Positions 10,013 through 18,558 of a DNA stretch of 64,000 nt are shown here, piece after piece (the first letter of the stretch is position 1; every line of letters begins with the position of its first letter). The notes beneath the pieces were generated by a model. The model was given only the letters and a program-made list of their open reading frames with translations, did not search any database and was not told the origin of the DNA. Both the position numbers and the translations under genes were made by a program. This DNA is from a virus, in IMG/VR virus record IMGVR_UViG_3300027759_000079, positions 4,850 to 68,849 of that record. One strand, 5' to 3'.

Positions 10013-10586
10013 TACAATAATTGATGATTTAGTGATAGAAGAAGTGTTAGTTTATAAAATTTCTAATGAAGGCCGTAAAAACAAGCTTTTGTGTTCTAAT
10101 ATCTTAGATCACAAGATCTGCTATAGTTGTAAACAAATAAAAAATTTTTCTGAATTTCATAAAGATGTAAAAAGAAAAAATGGTCGGCATGGATTATGTA
10201 AAAAGTGCACTAAATCAAGAAATCCAAAAAATAAAGAAACAAAGAGACAAGCGAAGATTGATATGGTGAATTTTCTAGGTGGAATGTGTATTAGATGCGG
10301 TTATTCACATCCAGAAGGAATTGATTTTCATCATATTGATCCATCTAAAAAATTATTTACAATCGGTGATAGTATAATATTCTATCCATTAAAAAGTCAA
10401 AAATGGATAGATGAATTACTAAAGTGCGTGCCGTTATGTAGAAACTGCCATGCCGAATTTCACGCTGGTAGATACACTCTAGAACAATATTTACACAAAT
10501 TACCAAAATTTAATGAAAACATTCAAAAACAGGATTTTACTGGGGATCAGCTTATACTTGGGTTTCAAATTGGCTGCTCTGATTGA
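9999..10586 (+). CDS. HNH endonuclease with zinc knuckles
   Basis: CYSC..CKKC, CIRCG, DFHHID...CVPLCRNCHAEFH. Confidence 0.8.
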   Translation: MIQTNTIIDDLVIEEVLVYKISNEGRKNKLLCSNILDHKICYSCKQIKNFSEFHKDVKRKNGRHGLCKKCTKSRNPKNKETKRQAKIDMVNFLGGMCIRCGYSHPEGIDFHHIDPSKKLFTIGDSIIFYPLKSQKWIDELLKCVPLCRNCHAEFHAGRYTLEQYLHKLPKFNENIQKQDFTGDQLILGFQIGCSD

Positions 10587-10618
10587 GCTATTTTTAGCAT
10601 TTTTAATTAGAGGATAAC

Positions 10619-11107
10619 ATGAACAAATACATATTCGTTGATTTAGATGAAACATTAATTCATACTGTTGGCTTACATACAGGTACGGATATACTTAATT
10701 ACAAGAAGATATCTTTATCTAAACATGAGAGTTACAACAGTAGATTAAGAGGTTGTTCACTAGCCTTTTTAGAAGCTGCACGCAAAAAGGCCAAAGTCTT
10801 TATGCTAACAGTAGCAACTAAAGACTATGCGCTTGCCATGAACAAAGCCTTTTCTCTTGGATTTAAGGCAGAAGATATATACTCGCGTGAGGATGTTCGC
10901 CGAAAGCCAATTAAACCTCTTCAAATTGAACCGGGCACAGTGTGGTTGTTCGATAACCTTCCATCAAGCTATAATGATGAAAAGTGTGCATTTTTGGCAC
11001 ATTTGGGAAAGTTAAATTACGTTAAAGTTTTTGAGATGGATCATTATTCTGCGGATCAGCTTGATCCAGATGATCTTCTGTTACTTTTGGAAGAAGAAGT
11101 ACAATAA
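10619..11107 (+). CDS. HAD-family (NIF/FCP1-like) phosphatase
   Basis: VDLDETLIHT motif I, T motif II, FDN motif. Confidence 0.75.
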   Translation: MNKYIFVDLDETLIHTVGLHTGTDILNYKKISLSKHESYNSRLRGCSLAFLEAARKKAKVFMLTVATKDYALAMNKAFSLGFKAEDIYSREDVRRKPIKPLQIEPGTVWLFDNLPSSYNDEKCAFLAHLGKLNYVKVFEMDHYSADQLDPDDLLLLLEEEVQ

Positions 11108-11117
11108 ACTATTCTCT

Positions 11118-11435
11118 ATGGAAACAAATAATAAAAAAAATAAAAAATGGCCCAAGTTCTGGGCTTTATTCATCGACGAAGACATAAACAAAAAAGCTCA
11201 GACGCTCCAATCATTGTCTGAACTTCTTAAAACAAGAATAGCTGTTCTTAACGAAGCTATTCGTTTAGACTTAAAGTCTTTCTACAGCAGAAGAAACAAA
11301 AGATGGGTATTCTTTAAAGACCAGCAGTGGACCTTAAGCCCCGAATTAAATACATTAGGACTAAATATCTCTAAGGTAGGTAATAGACAAGCTGATTATA
11401 GAGTTATTCTTGATACTTTTAATAAAAAGAGTTAA
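11118..11435 (+). CDS. hypothetical protein
   Basis: Basic ORF starting METNN in co-oriented run. Confidence 0.45.
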   Translation: METNNKKNKKWPKFWALFIDEDINKKAQTLQSLSELLKTRIAVLNEAIRLDLKSFYSRRNKRWVFFKDQQWTLSPELNTLGLNISKVGNRQADYRVILDTFNKKS

Positions 11436-11448
11436 ATAAGGTATTTAT

Positions 11449-12120
11449 ATGAGTCTAAATATAAAAAAAGAAACTCCAAAAGAAAAAGTCGCTATAACCG
11501 CTACAGTTGTTAAAGATTTTTTAGATCTTTTGGATAGGATTGGTGGAATAGAAAATTTTCCTGAATCCATAAAGGTTTGGAGAGCTTACCGTTACAAGTA
11601 CGAAATAGAAGATTGTATTTCTGCCGAAGAAATAGCTACGCTATATAGATATGATGATGATGGCAATGTTTTTAACATTAGAACAGGCAGACAAGTTGGG
11701 CATCTTTTTGCAAAGGATAGTAGTTTACGCATTGAGGTTCGTTATAAACATTATAAATTTTTAGTTTCTTTGGCTAAAATTGTTTTTTGTTTAGTGCATA
11801 AACGTTGGGCCGAAAAGGGTTGCGATGTTGATCATAAAGACAATAATAAATTGAATAATAGACCATCCAATTTAAGAGAAGGTACAAAATCAGATAACGG
11901 AAGTAATAGAAGACAATTAAAAAAAACTAAATCAGGTATAAAAGGTATTTTTAAGATAAAAACAGGCGTTAGCGCTACTGTTTCAAAAAATAAAAAAATA
12001 TATTCAAAATATTTTGCTTATAATAAATACAATTCTGAAGAAGAAACTATACTCGCTGCCAAAACTTGGCGTGATGCTACCGCTAAAGAACTTCACGGCG
12101 AATTTTTCAACGAAAACTAA
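11449..12120 (+). CDS. HNH homing endonuclease with AP2-like C-terminus
   Basis: VDHKDNNKLNNRPSNLR; SGIKGI...AAKTWRDATAKELHGEF. Confidence 0.85.
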   Translation: MSLNIKKETPKEKVAITATVVKDFLDLLDRIGGIENFPESIKVWRAYRYKYEIEDCISAEEIATLYRYDDDGNVFNIRTGRQVGHLFAKDSSLRIEVRYKHYKFLVSLAKIVFCLVHKRWAEKGCDVDHKDNNKLNNRPSNLREGTKSDNGSNRRQLKKTKSGIKGIFKIKTGVSATVSKNKKIYSKYFAYNKYNSEEETILAAKTWRDATAKELHGEFFNEN

Positions 12121-12123
12121 TTT

Positions 12124-12708
12124 ATGAACGAAGATCATAAGCAAAATCAAGAATCTGAAGAGTTTTATATTACTTTTGAGCAGAGAGACGCTCTTTTGGA
12201 ATATCTAAGTTACTTTTCCATCAATAAAGAACGATATATAAAAGCTTATCTAGATTATAAAAATAAATTAACCATAGAGTTTCTGCATGAAAACTATATT
12301 GTTGATTTTAAGGAAGGTAAGTTATTTAATAGAAAAAACAATAAAGAAATAGGCTTTAAACATGGAGATTATCTTAATTGTTTTATTAAGGGTAAATCTA
12401 TCCGATTGCATATTGTAATTTTTGCTATGTATCATAATCGTTGGCCGCATTTAAATATGCTAGTTGACCATATAGATCGGAAGCGTTTAAATAATTCTAT
12501 ATCTAACTTACAAGAAGTCACTCCTGAAGGAAATAACAAGAATGCGAGTAAATTTAACCATGGAATAAAGGTAGTTTATTTAAAAAATACAATAAAGTAT
12601 AGGGTTACGAGATTTAAAACTTATATTGGTTCATATGATTCTTACGAAGAAGCCTTGAAAGTCTCTTTAAATTGCAAAAGAGAAGATTTAATAAAAAGGC
12701 TTAGTTAA
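12124..12708 (+). CDS. HNH homing endonuclease
   Basis: RLHIVIF...VDHIDRKRLNNSISNLQEVT...N; YIGSYDSYEEA tail. Confidence 0.85.
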   Translation: MNEDHKQNQESEEFYITFEQRDALLEYLSYFSINKERYIKAYLDYKNKLTIEFLHENYIVDFKEGKLFNRKNNKEIGFKHGDYLNCFIKGKSIRLHIVIFAMYHNRWPHLNMLVDHIDRKRLNNSISNLQEVTPEGNNKNASKFNHGIKVVYLKNTIKYRVTRFKTYIGSYDSYEEALKVSLNCKREDLIKRLS

Positions 12709-12905
12709 ATTTCCCCCCGCCCGGAAAGCGAGTTTTACTTTTAGTTGTTTTTAAGTTTTTTCTCTTTTTCTTAGAAAAGGGTGGGGGGTATTAAGTTTAT
12801 GTGGCGCAAAAGCGCAAGATTGCGCCATGTGGCGCAAGTAATTGAATTAAGATGGTTTTAGTTGAATGTAGAGCGAGGAATTACCATCCCCCCCCGCCGC
12901 CACAC

Positions 12906-12946
12906 AAAAAACCCCCGCACTTTTTTTCAAAATGGGGGGGAGTCTT
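12906..12946 (-). terminator. probable intrinsic terminator
   Basis: Minus strand GACTCCCCCCC...GCGGGGGTTTTTT, imperfect hairpin plus U-tract right after stop at 12947. Confidence 0.45.
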
Positions 12947-13150
12947 TTAGTGAATATAGTCCATGAGCAAGTCATAGCCACACAAGTCAAACAGCATTTC
13001 AAGCTGCGCCTCTGTTAAGTCAACGCCATCGACAAAATGCGCCGACACGATAAACGCGTCCGAATAATCGGGTGCATCATTGTGGTCAATTCCATCGAAA
13101 TCAACCGATTTTAGATCAACTTCTTTTCCATCTATTGTAACGTTTTTCAT
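12947..13150 (-). CDS. hypothetical acidic phage protein
   Basis: 67 aa, DGIDHNDAPDYSDAFI motif. Confidence 0.6.
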   Translation of the reverse strand: MKNVTIDGKEVDLKSVDFDGIDHNDAPDYSDAFIVSAHFVDGVDLTEAQLEMLFDLCGYDLLMDYIH

Positions 13151-13170
13151 ATGTAAAAAAAAATAAGGGT

Positions 13171-13407
13171 TTAACCCGATGAGTCAACAACGTAGCACAG
13201 TAATTTCTCAAAATTAAAAAACAACGTGTTGTTTCCGCTGTTGTCGAGGTTTTCGCGGTGCCATTGGCCGTCACGCATGATTGCGCGTTGCTCTGCCGTT
13301 GGATAAGAGCCACCACCGAAAGAGCCGAGGCTTTTGAAACCTTCGACCGAGCCGAGGAAGCGATTAACTTTGTGCGCTTGTTGCGTGTTTGGATTGATTA
13401 AGATCAT
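13171..13407 (-). CDS. hypothetical protein
   Basis: 78 aa, directly downstream of promoter-like element. Confidence 0.55.
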   Translation of the reverse strand: MILINPNTQQAHKVNRFLGSVEGFKSLGSFGGGSYPTAEQRAIMRDGQWHRENLDNSGNNTLFFNFEKLLCYVVDSSG

Positions 13408-13413
13408 GGGGAA

Positions 13414-13441
13414 ATAATACGCGCTAGGATGATGAACGCAA
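13414..13441 (-). promoter_or_regulatory. sigma70-like promoter, probably leaderless transcript
   Basis: TTGCGT-N16-TATTAT, ATG 6 nt downstream of the -10. Confidence 0.5.
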
Positions 13442-13522
13442 GCGAAATTCTATTTTTTTGTGCGTTGTTTTGTAAGTAGCGTAAATAAAACAACTAAGAA
13501 GATAAGAAAAGAAAGCATTTTC

Positions 13523-14236
13523 TCATGCGTTGACGGACGTTTTAACCACGAAGCCGCTTTCATCTTGTTTTCCTTTACCCTTGGCATACAAGGCAACGAC
13601 GACGTTTTTAGCATCGAGGAAACGTAGGTCGCTAGAATCTCCGTTGGCTACGGTGTAACCGTTCCACGTCGTTGGATAGTTAGCCGAGTCAAACACTACC
13701 GCAACGTTGCCACCTGCGGCCAACACTTGCAACGCTTCGACCTCGTTTGATTCACTGCGCGAGAATGTCAAATGGTAGTTAGCTGGCATTTCTCCGCGAG
13801 CGTGCGCTAATGCACGCGAAACGCTTTTCGTGTAGTCGTAGAACTGTACGTTGGGGAATTGCTGCATGACACCGAGACGCTCCCATGGTATGTCGCTAGT
13901 ACCATTCAAGCGCACACAGTAAGTCATGCCCAACTTAGCTGCACGCTTCATGCCGCGCACAATATCCTTGTTCAACTGCATGAAAAATGCTTTCTTGTCA
14001 GTGAAAAATAACCGTGTCTTGCGGATGCGTCCTAAGCGCACGTTACTCATGCGGCCACGTCCTGCGGTGAATAGGCAAACGGCAAGGCAACCTGCCGATG
14101 CGTTCACGCAAAGATTGCCGAAGCCTCCTTCGTTCGCGGGCGCAAGGTAAAGTATGTCAGTTAGGAACTTAAGAGCAAAACCCTTTGAGGTTTTCGCGTC
14201 TGAATTGCTGGCAAGTAAAGGAAGCGATTTAGTCAT
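13523..14236 (-). CDS. gp88-like (radical-SAM-related) phage protein
   Basis: LCVNASAGCLAVCL, VRLNGTSD, QFYDYTK, NYHLTFSRSE, GDSSDLRFLD; start reassigned to MTKSL at 14236. Confidence 0.7.
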   Translation of the reverse strand: MTKSLPLLASNSDAKTSKGFALKFLTDILYLAPANEGGFGNLCVNASAGCLAVCLFTAGRGRMSNVRLGRIRKTRLFFTDKKAFFMQLNKDIVRGMKRAAKLGMTYCVRLNGTSDIPWERLGVMQQFPNVQFYDYTKSVSRALAHARGEMPANYHLTFSRSESNEVEALQVLAAGGNVAVVFDSANYPTTWNGYTVANGDSSDLRFLDAKNVVVALYAKGKGKQDESGFVVKTSVNA

Positions 14237-14323
14237 GCGGAAAAATTGACCGTTTCCGTGCATAAAAACGATTAAAAAATAATTAAAAATCTTCACTAAA
14301 AAAACGAGGTTGGCATGGCAAAT

Positions 14324-14515
14324 TGTTCCACGGTGCGCGAATTGTTCCACGAAAAAGGCGCGCAGAATAACGGCGAAAAAAATAAAGTCAAACTTTTTTT
14401 TCAGAAAAAAATTGTTCCACGACGAAAAATTGTTCCACAGCCGGGCCGGGCCCGGTATGTTCCACGACCCCCAAATTGTTCCACGAAATTGTTCCACGCT
14501 GAAAAATTGTTCCAC
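14324..14515 (+). repeat. TGTTCCAC array 1 (8 copies) with central CCGGGCCGGGCCCGG core at 14441-14455
   Basis: Copies start at 14324, 14343, 14413, 14431, 14458, 14477, 14490, 14508. Confidence 0.95.
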
Positions 14516-14554
14516 GCTCTGAATAAAAAAAGATTAAAAAAGATTAAAAAAGTG

Positions 14555-14582
14555 TTGCTATCTGTAAAACATGAGTCATTAT
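14555..14582 (+). promoter_or_regulatory. sigma70-like promoter, leaderless
   Basis: AAGTG-TTGCTA-N16-CATTAT-N7-ATG; same geometry as 16455-16482. Confidence 0.55.
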
Positions 14583-14589
14583 CAGTCTT

Positions 14590-14784
14590 ATGAATCAAAC
14601 ATCTACTGTCTTCGTTGTTCTCTCTCCCTCCGCGATTTCTCTTCGCCTTTGTTTCTTGGGGCATGGCTCCACGAAAGAAGAAGCGATGGCCGACGCCTTC
14701 GGCCCTAAGCCTTGGCCACGCTCTGCCAAGAGTGCCGTCTGCAAAGAAGTGAGCGAAGATGAATTTTTCGACCTCAAATACTAA
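14590..14784 (+). CDS. hypothetical protein
   Basis: 64 aa, first gene after promoter. Confidence 0.55.
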   Translation: MNQTSTVFVVLSPSAISLRLCFLGHGSTKEEAMADAFGPKPWPRSAKSAVCKEVSEDEFFDLKY

Positions 14785-14864
14785 TATGAATGAATACGAA
14801 TTAGCCGAAATTTTCCTTGCAAACAATCTCTCCACAAGTAAAGTAATTGAACACCTAAAAAAAC

Positions 14865-15323
14865 ATGAAATCTCTATTCCTCCTCGCCGCGTCTTTGATT
14901 GGGCTTTCGACATTGCAAGCTTCGCAGATTCCCAAACCAACGGAAATTCTCGTCACCATAAGCAAAAGTGAAATCGTCGCCGCAACTTTGATTGCTGAAG
15001 CTGGCGGCGAAAAAGACTTTCGCGCAATGGCCGCAGTTGCCGAAGTAATTTACAATCGCTCACTCGCCCGCAAAATCTCGCCCGCGCAAGTTTGCTTGCA
15101 ACCAAAACAGTTCTCTTGCTGGAACAACAAAGATGTCGAAGGTGGAATTGAAAAAGCGAAGAAGCACAAGAAATGGTCAAACGCTCTCAAAATTGCTCAA
15201 AATTTAGGCTCGACAAATTACACGAAAAACGCACAGTTTTATCACACGATACAAATTAATCCTTCATGGAATAAAAAAATGCTTGCAACCGTAACGATTG
15301 AAAATCATAAATTCTACAAATGA
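14865..15323 (+). CDS. SleB/Hydrolase_2 cell-wall hydrolase with signal peptide
   Basis: TLIAEAGGE...AVAEVIYNR...QPKQFSCWN...FYH...IENHKFYK. Confidence 0.85.
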   Translation: MKSLFLLAASLIGLSTLQASQIPKPTEILVTISKSEIVAATLIAEAGGEKDFRAMAAVAEVIYNRSLARKISPAQVCLQPKQFSCWNNKDVEGGIEKAKKHKKWSNALKIAQNLGSTNYTKNAQFYHTIQINPSWNKKMLATVTIENHKFYK

Positions 15324-15598
15324 AAATCCAACCTACTACCGTCAACTTGTCTTACAAAACTGGCACGATTGCCAACGTCACCATTCAACAAATCACCAAC
15401 GCTCTTGGCTTTGAACCTCGCAACAGTAGCGACGGCAAATCTTGCGCCATGTGGGATTTCTCTGTTGAGCTAAATGGCGAAACTCACGACTGCTCAATCT
15501 GGGACTGGAAAGGATCTAGTTCCGAAAAATATTTTTCTTGCTTCATGCCGTTTCAAATTCAGGATGAAGTCGAGAAATTGCTAAAACAACAAAACTAA
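15320..15598 (+). CDS. hypothetical phage protein
   Basis: 92 aa, ATGA overlap; DGKS..W..IWDWK pattern. Confidence 0.6.
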   Translation: MKIQPTTVNLSYKTGTIANVTIQQITNALGFEPRNSSDGKSCAMWDFSVELNGETHDCSIWDWKGSSSEKYFSCFMPFQIQDEVEKLLKQQN

Positions 15599-15629
15599 AA
15601 CAAAAAACACTAGATAGGAAATTGCTAAA

Positions 15630-16151
15630 ATGAACACGAACATTGCTACGGAAATTCAGAAACTCACAAACACCGCTTTGCCAATCATGGAGAAGCTCGA
15701 TGCTGCTAAGAGTCTTGAAAAACAGATTCGGAAACAAATTGTTGAACTCGCTGCTGAACGTAAGCAGGAAATCAAAGAAGCGTCTGACTTGGAGAAGCGC
15801 GTTGCCGCTGCCGTCGAACACGCATATGCTACCTCTGAGCCTCAGAAATACAAAGGCAACAGTCACACGCTTTCCGCTGCTCGGAATTGGCTCGCCCAAC
15901 TCACCAAAGCAAAGAAGAAGCCGAACATTAGCCAAGGCGTGCGTCAGTTGTTTGATAGGGAAAAAGCTGTGAGCCTCACGCGCTCGCGTGGATGGCTGCA
16001 TGAAGAAGAACGCATCAAAATCGCATTCTATGCCCAAAATCTTCCGAAGGTTACTGACCGCGTTAATTGTGTACTTCACTTCACTCATATCGCAACAAAG
16101 TTCAACTGCTCTGTTATGACTGTGAGGAATTATTCTAATTACTCTGCATGA
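15630..16151 (+). CDS. hypothetical protein, coiled-coil N-terminus, possible C-terminal HTH
   Basis: 173 aa; FTHIATKFNCSVMTVRNY resembles HTH. Confidence 0.5.
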   Translation: MNTNIATEIQKLTNTALPIMEKLDAAKSLEKQIRKQIVELAAERKQEIKEASDLEKRVAAAVEHAYATSEPQKYKGNSHTLSAARNWLAQLTKAKKKPNISQGVRQLFDREKAVSLTRSRGWLHEEERIKIAFYAQNLPKVTDRVNCVLHFTHIATKFNCSVMTVRNYSNYSA

Positions 16152-16309
16152 TATAATTTTACGGACTATAATATAGGGAGAACCTATATAGGGTTTTTGG
16201 TATGTTGAACCCATTTTAACACCGTACTACGCCGCGCTATATAGTAATATATAGTGCGGTTTTTTTGCTATATAATATATAGTGTCTAGTTGCAAGTTAC
16301 TTGCGATAA

Positions 16310-16416
16310 CCGGGCCGGGCCCGGTTGTTCCACGACGACCAAAATGTTCCACGGAAATGTTCCACGCAGAAAAAAATGTTCCACGAAATTGTTCCACGCT
16401 GCGCGCATTGTTCCAC
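16310..16416 (+). repeat. CCGGGCCGGGCCCGG core (16310-16324) + TGTTCCAC array 2 (6 copies)
   Basis: Copies start at 16326, 16345, 16358, 16377, 16390, 16409 (spacing 19,13,19,13,19). Confidence 0.95.
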
Positions 16417-16454
16417 ACTACGCAAAAAATCTTTCGATAAAGTGAAAATAAGTG

Positions 16455-16482
16455 TTGATGAAAACAAAAGAGCGGTCATTAT
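16455..16482 (+). promoter_or_regulatory. sigma70-like promoter, leaderless
   Basis: AAGTG-TTGATG-N16-CATTAT-N7-ATG. Confidence 0.55.
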
Positions 16483-16489
16483 CTGAAAT

Positions 16490-16723
16490 ATGGAAAATAA
16501 CACTACTCAAAAAACCGTCGCGGAGATCCGCGATGAAATCGACAATATCCGCTCCAAAATGTGCGGCCAGTTCGCTTACCTTGGAATGTTCGACAAAAGC
16601 TACTTCGACCTTTTCACGAAGGAGCAACTCGTCGAGCGTTTCGCTGACATTGCCAACGAATCAAAACAACTCAAAGATCAGTACGATCAGAAAATCAACG
16701 AAATGCTTAACGCAAAATCTTAA
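16490..16723 (+). CDS. hypothetical coiled-coil protein
   Basis: 77 aa directly after promoter. Confidence 0.6.
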   Translation: MENNTTQKTVAEIRDEIDNIRSKMCGQFAYLGMFDKSYFDLFTKEQLVERFADIANESKQLKDQYDQKINEMLNAKS

Positions 16724-16724
16724 A

Positions 16725-16928
16725 ATGGAAAATCAAACTAGACACTTAACTCTCACCACGACGGAAATCGGCGTGCTTGAATCTCTCCTCTCAAATCCAG
16801 TAATCGGCTTATCGGACAAAAATCGCATTGCTTTCCGCGATTATCTCGTCGATGCTGCTCACTTCAATAAGCGGTACGAAATTTGCCGCACTGAATCCAC
16901 TACCTTCAAATTTTACTCCCATGAATAA
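16725..16928 (+). CDS. hypothetical protein
   Basis: MENQTRH start 1 nt after upstream stop. Confidence 0.5.
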   Translation: MENQTRHLTLTTTEIGVLESLLSNPVIGLSDKNRIAFRDYLVDAAHFNKRYEICRTESTTFKFYSHE

Positions 16929-17214
16929 TGAACTAAAAAATACCATCGAGAAGATCGTCGCGTCTAAAGGCGCGGCTATCGTCTCTTTCAACTACAACGG
17001 CAAGAAACGCAACGGCGTGATCGGCTTCAGCTCAGAGAAGAAAGGACTTGGCCCGCGAGTGTGGGGCGAGCATCTTTCCTCTGCTATCGTCGAGCATAAC
17101 GGTAAACTGTTCTTGTCGATGCAGACGAACAACGAAGAAACTCCAACAGGTCACGCTTTCAAATCGTTCGACCTTTCCAAGATCGAAAACTTCAGTCATA
17201 AATCCAAAAAATAA
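16921..17214 (+). CDS. hypothetical protein (SH3/WYL-like beta pattern)
   Basis: VSFNYNGKKR...FKSFDLSKI. Confidence 0.45.
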   Translation: MNNELKNTIEKIVASKGAAIVSFNYNGKKRNGVIGFSSEKKGLGPRVWGEHLSSAIVEHNGKLFLSMQTNNEETPTGHAFKSFDLSKIENFSHKSKK

Positions 17215-17220
17215 AATCCC

Positions 17221-17985
17221 ATGAAAATGTTAAACTTAGCCGTATCAGGCGCAGATCATGCGTCTGTTCCTCTCGATCAAATCAACCTAGTGCCAACGCC
17301 ACAAGCGACGAGCACTTTTCAACCTATCGCTCACAGTGTCCTCATCGACATTTTCCGCGATCAACTCAAAACCGCTGGCTTGTCTGTTCTCTCGGAACAC
17401 CACACGCTGGCCCGCTACGGTCAACGCTACTTCGGTCTTTTTCAAATCGACATGAAGCGCGAAGGCGCGAGTTCGGGAACGGTTGTTGGATTGCGTAACG
17501 CTCACGACAAGAGCTTTCCTGCTGGCATTTGCGCGGGGAACGCTCCGTTCGTGTGCTCAAACCTCTGCTTCCATAATGAGGTCGTGCTTGGTCGTAAGCA
17601 CACCACGCATATCATGAAGCACTTGCCCGAAATCGTCTCGCGTGCCATTGGCAAGCTTGGCGATATGTGGGTCAAGCATGAGAAGCGGGTCGAAGGTTAT
17701 TCCAACACTGTCCTCACTGACGAGCAAGCTGGTCACCTGATTCTCAAAGGTTACCGCGCTGGCGCGATTGGCAAAGGTATGATCGTGGACGTTCTCGATC
17801 AGTGGGAAAAACCTCTGCATGAGGAATTCGCACCGCGTAACTTGTGGTCGCTGCACAATGCGTTCACGGAGGTTTATAAAGGCAACCTCGTCGCCTTGCC
17901 GAAACGCTCGGAGGCGTTGCATAGCATCTTTGATCCGTTCGCAGGTCTTACTGTGGACATGAGTCCCATCGAGATCGCTGTATAA
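17221..17985 (+). CDS. DUF932-family protein
   Basis: GLRNAHDKSF...FVCSNL...RKHT...NLWSLHNAFTE. Confidence 0.75.
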   Translation: MKMLNLAVSGADHASVPLDQINLVPTPQATSTFQPIAHSVLIDIFRDQLKTAGLSVLSEHHTLARYGQRYFGLFQIDMKREGASSGTVVGLRNAHDKSFPAGICAGNAPFVCSNLCFHNEVVLGRKHTTHIMKHLPEIVSRAIGKLGDMWVKHEKRVEGYSNTVLTDEQAGHLILKGYRAGAIGKGMIVDVLDQWEKPLHEEFAPRNLWSLHNAFTEVYKGNLVALPKRSEALHSIFDPFAGLTVDMSPIEIAV

Positions 17986-18004
17986 TATAATATAATATAG
18001 TCGA

Positions 18005-18039
18005 GGGGCTGCACCTTTATGGTGTGGCCCCTTTTTTTT
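18005..18039 (+). terminator. intrinsic terminator
   Basis: GGGGCTGCACC-TTTAT-GGTGTGGCCCC followed by T8. Confidence 0.85.
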
Positions 18040-18048
18040 GAAAAAAAA

Positions 18049-18124
18049 TGTTCCACGACGCCTAAATTGTTCCACGAAAATGTTCCACGACGTGCAAAAT
18101 GTTCCACAGCCGGGCCGGGCCCGG
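18049..18124 (+). repeat. TGTTCCAC array 3 (4 copies) + CCGGGCCGGGCCCGG core (18110-18124)
   Basis: Copies start at 18049, 18068, 18081, 18100 (19,13,19). Confidence 0.95.
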
Positions 18125-18248
18125 TAGATGCAAAATCTTTGCGTTAATTTTACTATAGCATTATATATACTATACTATAGCTATATCATTATTACATATT
18201 ATATCATTCACCTTTCATTATTATGTATTATATAGTTCAGCTTTCGTT

Positions 18249-18335
18249 TTTTAGTATTAAGAGAAAAGTGATTCACCTTTTAGTATTAAGCAGTAAGTGA
18301 TTCACCTTTTGTTATTACGAGAGAAGTGATTCACT
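18249..18335. repeat. three 29-bp tandem repeats with palindromic GTGATTCAC
   Basis: GTGATTCAC at 18268, 18297, 18326; unit ~TTTTAGTATTAAG-N4-AAGTGATTCACC. Confidence 0.85.
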
Positions 18336-18397
18336 ATTGATACTATTACCATGATAAAAAATATCATGAATACGAAATAGGCGGGTGTTGACATATG

Positions 18398-18472
18398 TGG
18401 TGTCCTCAGAAAGAATCGAACTTTCATTGAGGCTTTAGAAGAGCCTTGTATTATCCGTTATACGATGAGGGC
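18398..18472 (-). tRNA. tRNA-Arg(TCT)
   Basis: Cloverleaf, anticodon stem AGGCT/AGCCT, loop CTTCTAA, GTTCGA T-loop, encoded CCA. Confidence 0.85.
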
Positions 18473-18475
18473 AAA

Positions 18476-18552
18476 TGGCGGGATGGACGAGACTTGAACT
18501 CGCGGCCTTCTGCGTGACAGGCAGACGCTCTAACCAATTGAGCTACCACCCC
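18476..18552 (-). tRNA. tRNA-Asp(GTC)
   Basis: GGGGTGGTAGCTCAATTGGTTAGAGC...CTGTCAC...GTTCAAGTC...CCA. Confidence 0.95.
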
Positions 18553-18558
18553 AAATTA

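Noticed and set aside
14237-14515. N-terminal extension of the 330-aa ORF and other ORFs over the arrays (14310, 14315, 14401, 16227, 16297, 17557, 17874)
   Set aside because: They translate repeat DNA (VEQF/WNN/CST) or lie antisense to better genes
18249-18335. 29-bp repeats as a mini-CRISPR
   Set aside because: Units are head-to-tail with no unique spacers
18398-18472. Amber suppressor tRNA (CTA) and stop-codon recoding
   Set aside because: The 7-nt loop CTTCTAA centres on TCT (Arg); long genes are intact under the standard code
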